Assembly (NCBI GenBank): GCA_034116505.1
Contig: JAXERM010000012.1
Location: forward strand, 1-45,255
From: Bacilli bacterium
Lineage (GTDB): Bacteria; Bacillota_I; Bacilli_A; RFN20; CAG-826
DNA: 45,255 bases
Reading direction: 5' to 3'
Positions within the stretch are counted from its first letter, which is position 1, and the number at the start of each line of letters is the position of its first letter. The translations under genes and the position numbers were made by a program. The notes under the pieces were generated by a model. The model was given only the letters and a program-made list of their open reading frames with translations, made no database searches and was not told the origin of the DNA. Below, piece after piece: positions 19,783 through 27,899 of the stretch.

Positions 19783-20645
19783 TTTTCAAACCTCTTAAAC
19801 TTATTTATTGCTTGATTCGATAATTTTAAATAACAATCATAGGCAACTTTAGGATATTGTCCAGAAGCCACCATTTCTTTAATTAAACAATTTTTTTCAT
19901 TGATGTGTAAACAATCATTAAAGAAACATTTACCGTAAAATTTAGCAAAACCAGGGTAAAACTCCGCTAAATCTTCTTTATAAAGTTCTAAATCTAATGA
20001 CGAAAACCCTGGAGTGTCAGCGATATATCCATTTTCGTATGGCAATAAAATCACTTCTTTAGTTTGATGCTTGCCTCTTCCTAATGCTTTAGAATATTCA
20101 CCAATCGCCCTTTCATAATTTTCATCAAGCGAATTGATTAAAGAAGATTTTCCCACTCCGGTTTGACCTATTAATGCTGTGATATGGTTAGCAAATAATG
20201 ATTTAACTTCATTCACACCAGCATGATCTATGTTTGATAAAGGATAGACTTCAACTTCAAATTTTAAGAAGACTTTTTTAATTTCATCAATCAAAGCAAG
20301 GTCTTTTAATTTATCGATTTTAGTTAAGATAATTTTAGCTTTCAGATTATGCATATTTGCGTATGTCAAATATTTAAACGCTAATAAGTAGGAGAATTCT
20401 GGTTCTAAAACACTCTCGACAATTAAGAGTTGATCAATATTAGCGATTAATGGTCTTTTTAAATAATTTTGCCTCTCATAAACTTTGGTAATAACAAAAT
20501 TATTATCATCAAAATCAACTAAGTCGCCAACGACTGGCTTAATCCCTAAATTACGAAATACTCCACGGGCTGAAGCTTGATAATTTACGCCTTGATAATT
20601 GACGGTATAAGTACCGCAGTTGACACCAATAATTACTCCGGGCAT
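19779..20645 (-). CDS. rsgA: Ribosome small-subunit biogenesis GTPase RsgA (YloQ/CpgA)
   Basis: It has an N-terminal OB domain, a circularly permuted GTPase (LTKIDKL ... GQTGVGKSSL ... DTPGF) and a C-terminal Zn-finger Cys/His cluster (CFFNDCLHINEKNC). Confidence 0.93.
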   Translation of the reverse strand: MPGVIIGVNCGTYTVNYQGVNYQASARGVFRNLGIKPVVGDLVDFDDNNFVITKVYERQNYLKRPLIANIDQLLIVESVLEPEFSYLLAFKYLTYANMHNLKAKIILTKIDKLKDLALIDEIKKVFLKFEVEVYPLSNIDHAGVNEVKSLFANHITALIGQTGVGKSSLINSLDENYERAIGEYSKALGRGKHQTKEVILLPYENGYIADTPGFSSLDLELYKEDLAEFYPGFAKFYGKCFFNDCLHINEKNCLIKEMVASGQYPKVAYDCYLKLSNQAINKFKRFEK

Positions 20646-21526
20646 TATTTAAAACCAAACAACCTACGAAGGAAGCCTTTCTTCTCTTGTAATAATTGGG
20701 GATTTTTCTTAATATTCTCTAAATCATCATATAAGTCTGCTGCCGTTTTATAGCGATCTTTTGGATTACGCTTACAACATTTAAAGATGATTCTTTCAAT
20801 CTCTTTCGGGCAGGAAGGAAGATATTTTTCTGGGCTAGGAAATTTTTCACGGACATGAGCAATTGCAATATCAATTGCCTTTTCTTTTAAGAATGGTAAA
20901 TGACCAGTAATTAATTCAAAGAAAGTCACGCCAGCCGCATAAATATCTGATTGGATACTAGCTGGTTTACCTTCAGTAATTTCTGGAGCGAGATAATGAA
21001 CACTACCGACAATCTCTTTTTTATTTAAAGAAAGCGTATCTTCAACGGTTTGAGCGATACCAAAATCACCTAACTTAATCGTGCCATCATTCATCAAATA
21101 AATATTATCTGGTTTGATATCACGATGAACAATTCCATGACGATGTGCGTAATTTAATGCGCTCGCTAATTGAATCATATATGTCACTGCTTCTTCGATA
21201 GAAATGAAACCGCGGAAATCTAACATTTCTTTTAAATTTTGTCCTTTAATATATTCATTCGCGATATAAGGAATACCATCTACTTCACCATGGTTATATA
21301 CTTTGACAATATTTGGGTGATTTAAACAAGCGGCAATACTTGCTTCGTTATGGAAACGACGTAAATTGATTGGATTTTCCATTACATCTTCTTTGATTAA
21401 TTTAATCGCAATTGCGTTTTTAGTTATGACGTCTTGAGCTTCATAAACTTCCGCCATTCCACCATGACCAATGCGGGCTAATATACGATATCTAGTGTCT
21501 AATAATGAACCTATTTTTACTGGCAT
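20645..21526 (-). CDS. prkC: Hanks-type Ser/Thr protein kinase, catalytic domain only (no TM or PASTA domains)
   Basis: It contains GHGGMAEVY...AIKLI, HRDIKPDNI, DFGIA and YLAPE. I prefer the ATG at 21526 (MPVKIGSLLDTRYRI), 1 nt after the prpC stop, over the ORF-track start at 21577. The product is about 293 aa and ends in a short basic tail. Confidence 0.9.
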   Translation of the reverse strand: MPVKIGSLLDTRYRILARIGHGGMAEVYEAQDVITKNAIAIKLIKEDVMENPINLRRFHNEASIAACLNHPNIVKVYNHGEVDGIPYIANEYIKGQNLKEMLDFRGFISIEEAVTYMIQLASALNYAHRHGIVHRDIKPDNIYLMNDGTIKLGDFGIAQTVEDTLSLNKKEIVGSVHYLAPEITEGKPASIQSDIYAAGVTFFELITGHLPFLKEKAIDIAIAHVREKFPSPEKYLPSCPKEIERIIFKCCKRNPKDRYKTAADLYDDLENIKKNPQLLQEKKGFLRRLFGFK

Positions 21527-21527
21527 A

Positions 21528-22283
21528 TTATTTACTAGCCTCCCAAAGGACAATGGCAATATTATCAGATCCACCATTAGAATTGGCTAATCTGATTAAT
21601 TTAGTCGCTTTTTGCTCAGGTGTATCATCACAATTAATGATATTTTTTATATCATTAAATGGAATATTATTATATAAACCATCTGAACATAACAAAAATG
21701 TTTCGTTCATGTATGGATAAATTCTAATGTCTAAATCTAAAGAAGGATATACACCTAAAGCATTTAACAAAACATGTCTTTTTGGATGTATTAATAAATC
21801 TTCTTCAGTAATTTGTTTTGTTTTAAATAAATATTGAACGTAAGTTTGGTCTTCAGTAATTTGTCTAAATACACGATTACGTGAGGAATATAAACGAGAA
21901 TCGCCGATTTGGGCAACAATATAAAAATCATTAATAATCAGACATAAAGTTAAGGTTGTCCCCATACCTTGGAATGAAGGGTTAAGAGAAGCGTGACGAT
22001 AAATATGAGAATTCACTTTTCTTAATATATTGCTCACCCAATATCTCGCTTCAAACCGATTGAGGAAACGCGCTTTGTTTTGAAATGCTTCGGAAATTTC
22101 ATTGATCGCCATGCTAGCAGCAAAATCACCTTTATTTTCTCCACCCATGCCATCGCACACAATTAAAAGAATATTGCCTCGAGCGTTAGTTAATGCTGCG
22201 ACTCGATCTTCGTTATTAATTCTGACCCGGCCGATGTCAGTTTGCGCATAATAACGACCGGATATATATTTTTTATTGCTCAT
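21528..22283 (-). CDS. prpC: PP2C-family Ser/Thr phosphatase (PrpC/Stp)
   Basis: It contains RINNEDR, VCDGMGG and GGSDNIA. The 251-aa protein is paired with the kinase as in Bacillota. Confidence 0.93.
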   Translation of the reverse strand: MSNKKYISGRYYAQTDIGRVRINNEDRVAALTNARGNILLIVCDGMGGENKGDFAASMAINEISEAFQNKARFLNRFEARYWVSNILRKVNSHIYRHASLNPSFQGMGTTLTLCLIINDFYIVAQIGDSRLYSSRNRVFRQITEDQTYVQYLFKTKQITEEDLLIHPKRHVLLNALGVYPSLDLDIRIYPYMNETFLLCSDGLYNNIPFNDIKNIINCDDTPEQKATKLIRLANSNGGSDNIAIVLWEASK

Positions 22284-23319
22284 GGTTATCTACTTTTGCT
22301 TTTAATTGCCCACATGCGGCGTCGATATCACTACCAAATTCTTTCCTAATCGTAGCCATGACACCACCTTTTAATAAATAATCTAAAAAGGCATGGACGC
22401 GATTATTTGAACTACGTTTATAGTCATTTTTATTAGTTTCGTTATATGGAATTAAATTCACATAACCTTTTGTGCCTTTAATCAATTTAATTAATTCTTC
22501 CGCGTGTTCTTTTGAATCATTAATATTTGCTAATAGCAAATATTCATATGTCACTCTTCGCTTTGTCAACGTTTCATATTCCTTAATCGCAGGAATTAAT
22601 AATTCTAAAGGATAAGCTTTATTTATTTTCATCAATTGATTTCTCAGCTCATTATTTGGAGCGTGTAAAGAAATAGCTAAATTAGTCTGTAATCCTTCTA
22701 AAGCATATTTTTTAATACCGTCAATTAATCCACAAGTGGAAACAGTAATATGTCTCGCCCCAATCGCTAAACCTTTTTGTTCATTGATGATACGAATAAA
22801 ATCAATCACGTTATCATAATTATCGAATGGTTCTCCAGTCCCCATCACCACGACATGTGTGACATGTAAATCTGGGTTTTCTTCTTTTAGAAGATTATTC
22901 ATTACTAATATTTGCCCCACCATTTCTTCCGGTAATAAATTTCTTTGTTTACCTAAGATACCACTAGAGCAAAAACTGCAAGCCATATTACATCCAACTT
23001 GGGAAGAGACACAAATGCTACATCCGTATTCATAACGCATTAAGACGCATTCAACTTTCATTCCATCAGATAATTGTAATAACAATTTAATCGTGCCATC
23101 TTTAGATACTTGTTTGAGATAGATAGAAGGTAATTCTAAACAATATTTTTCTTTTAATACTTCACGGAAACGTAAAGAAATATCACTCATCTCATCAAAA
23201 GATGTTGCCTTCTTTTCATACATCCATGTGTATAACTGCACAGCACGAAAAGATTTTTGGCCTTCTTGCACCATTTGATTTTTGAGTTTTTCCATCGTTA
23301 ATCCGTAAAGATTAATCAT
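22273..23319 (-). CDS. rlmN: 23S rRNA/tRNA adenine-C2 methyltransferase RlmN (radical SAM)
   Basis: It has the CxxxCxxC cluster (VGCNMACSFCSSG), GEPFDNYDNV and a C-terminal DIDAACGQL. Confidence 0.95.
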   Translation of the reverse strand: MINLYGLTMEKLKNQMVQEGQKSFRAVQLYTWMYEKKATSFDEMSDISLRFREVLKEKYCLELPSIYLKQVSKDGTIKLLLQLSDGMKVECVLMRYEYGCSICVSSQVGCNMACSFCSSGILGKQRNLLPEEMVGQILVMNNLLKEENPDLHVTHVVVMGTGEPFDNYDNVIDFIRIINEQKGLAIGARHITVSTCGLIDGIKKYALEGLQTNLAISLHAPNNELRNQLMKINKAYPLELLIPAIKEYETLTKRRVTYEYLLLANINDSKEHAEELIKLIKGTKGYVNLIPYNETNKNDYKRSSNNRVHAFLDYLLKGGVMATIRKEFGSDIDAACGQLKAKVDNHEQ

Positions 23320-24541
23320 GTTCTTTCACCCTCGTTAATATCGCGTAATAACCAGTTAATAAATCGCTTTCAAAATTATAAGATTGATGAGCTTTTGTTA
23401 AAACAAAATCATCATTATCATTTAAGAATTTATTAATCACGTTATTAGTTTCTTTATTAGATAAAGTTGGGACAAAATAAATGAGTTGCCCACCTAATTC
23501 GACAAATTCTTTCGCGTTTTCTAATGTTTCAATTTGATTAATAATGAATTGATCTAAATCATTTTGATTAATTCTTAAGAAATAATCAGGTTCATTATTT
23601 AATCTATTTAATTCCGTATTGATTGGGCAAACAAAGAATGTGTGCACTTTATTTGATAAACAAGTGATAATTGATGTATGTGCACATTCATATAATTGAA
23701 TGCCTGATAACTTAAAAGCTTCTAATTGTTTTTTGATATTGAATAAAACGGTTTTGCCTTCCACTAATAAATCAAAATTTAAAGATTGGCCAGTGCGGGC
23801 AAACATTTCTTTAATGATGTCGTTATTAGAACCAACAAAGAAACCAATTCCGCGATAAGGATCATAATCAATTTCATTCAATAAATTACGATAGAATGGT
23901 TCTAAACGGACAACATTTTTATTTTGATAAGCTTTACTATATTGGATTTTTGTTTCTCCGACATAATGAACGAAATCATCATCTATATAATCAAAGCCTT
24001 CTAAATCATCTTTTCTAATAATGCGATAAGTATTTACTTTATTAACATTATTTGTTCTTAAAAATTTAATTAGATTCACTAACCCGTATTGTTTTCTAAT
24101 CATATTAACAACCCAAGTCGGGACATTATAACGGAGTGAATAATATAAATTAGAACGACGATTTATTTCTTCTGGGATTAATTTATTAACATCGTTTACA
24201 TCATTAACAAACTCCTCCATATCATCAAGATGAATTCTTTGTAAAACAATACTAACTAATTCACTATCAGGATATTTTTTCACAAATAATCGATTTGCGA
24301 ACGTGATGAATAATAAATATAAATGTTCGTGAGGTATTTCGTTATATTTCTTATTAATTAAATAAGAAAAGATATAATAATGCCTTAAAGAACATCCAAC
24401 GAGAGAAATGATATCGTTTTTATCAGTCGCAGTTAATTTAGTTTCTTTCTTGATAAAGTTATTAACCGCCACTTTAAAAGGAACTTCTTTATCAATGACA
24501 TAAGTAAGGATATCAATCGCTAAATCAAAATACTTTTTCAT
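23312..24541 (-). CDS. RsmB/Sun-like protein with NusB-like N-domain and a degenerate m5C-methyltransferase domain
   Basis: It occupies the rsmB slot upstream of rlmN. YSLRYNVPTWVVNMIRKQYG matches the RsmB linker. The C-terminal half aligns by eye with RsmB motifs IV-VI (FFVCPINTE...LGGQLIYFVPTLS). However, motif I (AAPGGKT) and both catalytic Cys residues appear to be replaced. Confidence 0.6.
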   Translation of the reverse strand: MKKYFDLAIDILTYVIDKEVPFKVAVNNFIKKETKLTATDKNDIISLVGCSLRHYYIFSYLINKKYNEIPHEHLYLLFITFANRLFVKKYPDSELVSIVLQRIHLDDMEEFVNDVNDVNKLIPEEINRRSNLYYSLRYNVPTWVVNMIRKQYGLVNLIKFLRTNNVNKVNTYRIIRKDDLEGFDYIDDDFVHYVGETKIQYSKAYQNKNVVRLEPFYRNLLNEIDYDPYRGIGFFVGSNNDIIKEMFARTGQSLNFDLLVEGKTVLFNIKKQLEAFKLSGIQLYECAHTSIITCLSNKVHTFFVCPINTELNRLNNEPDYFLRINQNDLDQFIINQIETLENAKEFVELGGQLIYFVPTLSNKETNNVINKFLNDNDDFVLTKAHQSYNFESDLLTGYYAILTRVKEHD

Positions 24542-24545
24542 ATGA

Positions 24546-25001
24546 TTAATCTTTTTTTAGGATATCTTTAAAGATATCTCCTGTATATATTTCTTCATCT
24601 CCATCGCCTTCTTCTAAATCAGAAGAATTATCTTCATCAAAATTTACGATATTGTCTTCCTTCATGAAACGAGGATAATCTTCATTGAATGAATAATAGC
24701 GGCGTCCTTCCTGATAATAATGGAATTCAACCACGACATGAATCGCGTTATTACCTAAGCAATTAAATAATAAGTCACGCATTTCTTCTTCTTTGTCCAT
24801 TTTTGAAACTGGAGCATGAACAATCATTAAAACGTTCCAAGATGTTTGATCAACACCATTATGAAAATACATAACTGAAGGAGCGATAAAATCAATTTCG
24901 TCTTCGCTAGTTTCATAAATTTTGCTGATTAAAGGAGTGATATCTCTTGAGACATCACCAACGATGAATTGGTCTAAACCGATAAATGTAACTGATACCA
25001 T
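24546..25001 (-). CDS. Hypothetical protein with a DUF1904-like N-terminal domain and a strongly acidic C-terminal tail
   Basis: The 151-aa protein has MVSVTFIGLDQFIVGDVSRDI...DEIDFIAPSV, reminiscent of DUF1904 (tautomerase-like) proteins. Its tail is DEDNSSDLEEGDGDEE. It sits where def-fmt lie in the Bacillus cluster. Confidence 0.5.
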   Translation of the reverse strand: MVSVTFIGLDQFIVGDVSRDITPLISKIYETSEDEIDFIAPSVMYFHNGVDQTSWNVLMIVHAPVSKMDKEEEMRDLLFNCLGNNAIHVVVEFHYYQEGRRYYSFNEDYPRFMKEDNIVNFDEDNSSDLEEGDGDEEIYTGDIFKDILKKD

Positions 25002-25051
25002 AATAAATAACCTCGTTAGTTATTATAATATATCTAGATACATTTTTAATA

Positions 25052-27247
25052 TTAAAAATTGTATGGATCGATATTTATTGAAATTTGGAATTGATTTTTT
25101 TGCTTAAAAATCTCATTTAATTTTCTTAAAACAGGAAGAACAACATCCTTTTTACGATATTTAATTAAAATATTTCTAACGACATTATCTCCTTCATAAG
25201 GAACATATGGGGTTGTTGGTCCTAAAACAACCGCTTCATCTAATAAAGAATCATTAAGAAAATCAATCACATCATAGACACCGTTAATGACATTTTCTTC
25301 GTTTTTTCCTTTAACTAAAATAGACACTAAATAAGTATAAGGAGGATAAGAGACAGCCTTACGAATTTTCATCTCTTTTTCATAGAACAATTCATAGTTT
25401 TGTCTGGCTGCCATTGTGATAGCGTAATGATCAGGAATGTAGGTTTGAATAATCGCTTGACCTTTTTTATCTTTTCTCCCGCTTCTACCAATGGCTTGCG
25501 TTAAAAGTTGAAACGCTCTTTCACTTGATCTAAATGTTGGCATAGATAAGCCGATATCAGCTAAAACGACACCCACTAAAGTCACTAAAGGAAAGTCGTG
25601 TCCCTTAGCGATCATCTGTGTGCCAACTAAAATATCGGCCTCGTAATTTCGGAACTTTTCAACTGTTTGCGGAATTTTTTCGCGAATTTTGGCGTAATCA
25701 CTATCTAATCTAAGAACGCGGGCTGAAGGGAATAAGCGACGACATTCATCTTCGATTCTTTCTGTGCCAAATCCAGTTTTCATCAAATGATTTCCACCGC
25801 ATTCTTCACAAGCATCTGGATAATTTATCACATAATCACAGTAGTGACATTTTAGCATATTATCTGTGCGATGATAGGTTAAAGGAATATTGCAGGTTGG
25901 GCAGCGGAAAATGTGCCCACATTCTCTACAAGATACACTAGAAGAATAACCTCGTCGATTGATTAATAATATCGCTTGTTCTTTGCGTTCTAATACATGA
26001 TTAATCTCTTCCCTTAAACGTAAAGAAAATATAGATGATTCACGATCTAAATTTTTATAAGAACAAAGATTAATTACGGTTGTTGTTGGTAGTTTTTGAT
26101 TGTTAATTCTTTTAGTTAATCTTAATAGATGATAAACACCTTTTTGTGCTCTTGCACGCGATTCTAAACTTGGAGTAGCGCTGCTTAAAAGCACTTTGCA
26201 TTGATGCATTTCGCTTCTCATAATCGCCACTTCTCTTGCGTGATAAAAAGGAGCTACATCTTGTTTATATGATTCTGTATGTTCTTCATCTAAAACAATT
26301 AAGCCAATATTATCAAGTGGAGCGAATATCGCGCTTCTTGCACCCACCACTACCATAGATTTACCTTGTGCAATTTTTCGATATTCGTCATATTTTTCTG
26401 CTGGTGTTAATTCACTATGTAAAACTGCAACTTTATTAGAGAAGCGACGCATAAAATATTCCACCATCATCGGTGTTAATGATATTTCTGGAACAAGCAT
26501 TAAAACAGATTTTCCTTCTTGTAAAACTTGTTCTGATAACCTTAAATAGATCTCTGTTTTACCACTGCCAGTGACACCTTCTAAAAGGAAGATTCGATCC
26601 GAAGAATGATTAAATTCATCAATCACCTTATTTTGTTCATCAGTTAAAGAAGGAGGAACTTGATAAGAAAAATCTTTAATTTTTAATCGATTTTTTTCTT
26701 CTTTAACGATTTTAATACGTTCTTTTAATAATAAATTATCTAATACAGCTTTTTGTTTGATGTCTTTCTTGAGAACTTTACTTTCACTAGATAATAAACG
26801 TAACAATTCAATTTGTTTATTGGTTAATCCTGTCTCATCATTATTTGTTACAACAATATATTGATCATATGCAATCTTTGGTGCTTTTAAAGAGCTTCTT
26901 CGAGGAGATAGGCTAGGGGGGAGCATCGATTGTAGAACACTGATTTTGGGAGCGATATAATATTCGCTAATTCTTTCACTTAACGCGATTAAATCCGGTT
27001 TTAAAAGTGGTTCTTTATCAATCACATCGATAATTGGTTCAATTTTAAAACCCATATTTTCTTCTAAAGAAGAAATTGAATCAGCATATTCGTATGTTTT
27101 ATTGACATAGCCAACAATTTCTTTCTTATTGAAATGAATTAAAACGCGATACCCCACATCAAGTGGTTTATCACCATTATAATAATAAGAAAAAGGACGA
27201 TCTAATGAACGGTTATTGTATTCAATTAACACTTCGACAATCTTCAT
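25052..27247 (-). CDS. priA: Primosomal replication-restart helicase PriA
   Basis: The 731-aa protein has Walker A (GVTGSGKTE), DEEH and a Zn-binding Cys cluster (CRECGHIFRCPTCNIPLTYH...CHYCDY...CEECGG). Confidence 0.96.
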   Translation of the reverse strand: MKIVEVLIEYNNRSLDRPFSYYYNGDKPLDVGYRVLIHFNKKEIVGYVNKTYEYADSISSLEENMGFKIEPIIDVIDKEPLLKPDLIALSERISEYYIAPKISVLQSMLPPSLSPRRSSLKAPKIAYDQYIVVTNNDETGLTNKQIELLRLLSSESKVLKKDIKQKAVLDNLLLKERIKIVKEEKNRLKIKDFSYQVPPSLTDEQNKVIDEFNHSSDRIFLLEGVTGSGKTEIYLRLSEQVLQEGKSVLMLVPEISLTPMMVEYFMRRFSNKVAVLHSELTPAEKYDEYRKIAQGKSMVVVGARSAIFAPLDNIGLIVLDEEHTESYKQDVAPFYHAREVAIMRSEMHQCKVLLSSATPSLESRARAQKGVYHLLRLTKRINNQKLPTTTVINLCSYKNLDRESSIFSLRLREEINHVLERKEQAILLINRRGYSSSVSCRECGHIFRCPTCNIPLTYHRTDNMLKCHYCDYVINYPDACEECGGNHLMKTGFGTERIEDECRRLFPSARVLRLDSDYAKIREKIPQTVEKFRNYEADILVGTQMIAKGHDFPLVTLVGVVLADIGLSMPTFRSSERAFQLLTQAIGRSGRKDKKGQAIIQTYIPDHYAITMAARQNYELFYEKEMKIRKAVSYPPYTYLVSILVKGKNEENVINGVYDVIDFLNDSLLDEAVVLGPTTPYVPYEGDNVVRNILIKYRKKDVVLPVLRKLNEIFKQKNQFQISINIDPYNF

Positions 27248-27255
27248 CTTCGTCC

Positions 27256-27840
27256 TTATTTTTCCTTCATTTTATTTTTAATAATGCTAATGATTTCATT
27301 TGAGGCACGATCAATTTTATCATTTAAGACAACGTAATCATAATCTTCTGTCATCGTCATCTCTTTTTTACCTTTTTCTAGGCGTTCTTTAATGATGTCA
27401 TCACTTTCGGTTTTTCTTCTTCTAATTCTTTCTTCTAATGCATCAAGGGAAGGAGGCATTAAGAAGATGGTTAACGCCCTATCATCATTTGCTTCACGGA
27501 CATGTTCCATTACTTGTTTAGCGCCGTTAATTTCGATTTCTAGGAAAACGTTATAACCTTGGCTTCTTAACGATTCGACTTTATCACGTGGTGTACCATA
27601 ACGATGACCAACAAATTCCGCCCATTCAAGGAAATTGCCGCTATCGATATTTTTTTGGAATTCTGCGTCAGAGACGAAATAATAATCCACTCCATCTTCT
27701 TCTTTGTTGCGTTTTTCTCTTGTCGTCATAGAAATGGAATAGACGAGATTTAAACTTTCATCACGCATGATGGAATTACGCAACGTCCCTTTACCAACGC
27801 CAGAAGGCCCACTTAAAATAATTAATAATCCCTTTTTCAT
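27256..27840 (-). CDS. gmk: Guanylate kinase
   Basis: It begins MKKGLLIILSGPSGVGKGT, and TTRxxR is represented by TTREKR. The ORF track starts two codons earlier, at 27846. Neither ATG has an SD. The ATG at 27840 lies 8 nt downstream of a TATAAT box, so the transcript may be leaderless. Confidence 0.93.
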   Translation of the reverse strand: MKKGLLIILSGPSGVGKGTLRNSIMRDESLNLVYSISMTTREKRNKEEDGVDYYFVSDAEFQKNIDSGNFLEWAEFVGHRYGTPRDKVESLRSQGYNVFLEIEINGAKQVMEHVREANDDRALTIFLMPPSLDALEERIRRRKTESDDIIKERLEKGKKEMTMTEDYDYVVLNDKIDRASNEIISIIKNKMKEK

Positions 27841-27848
27841 TGTCATTT

Positions 27849-27877
27849 ATTATAAATATAAATTTATATTATCGCAA
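27849..27877 (-). promoter_or_regulatory. Putative gmk promoter (TTGCGA-17-TATAAT), close enough to the ATG to give a leaderless mRNA
   Basis: On the minus strand the -35 TTGCGA is at plus 27872-27877. After a 17-nt spacer the -10 TATAAT is at plus 27849-27854. The ATG at 27840 follows after 8 nt. Confidence 0.45.
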
Positions 27878-27883
27878 ACTGTA

Positions 27884-27892
27884 TGTTAAAAT
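27884..27892 (+). promoter_or_regulatory. Extended -10 element (TGtTAAAAT) of the rqcH-like gene, predicting a leaderless mRNA
   Basis: TG is at 27884-27885 and TAAAAT at 27887-27892. After 7 nt comes the ATG at 27900. There is no SD sequence. Confidence 0.45.
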
Positions 27893-27899
27893 CTTTTAC

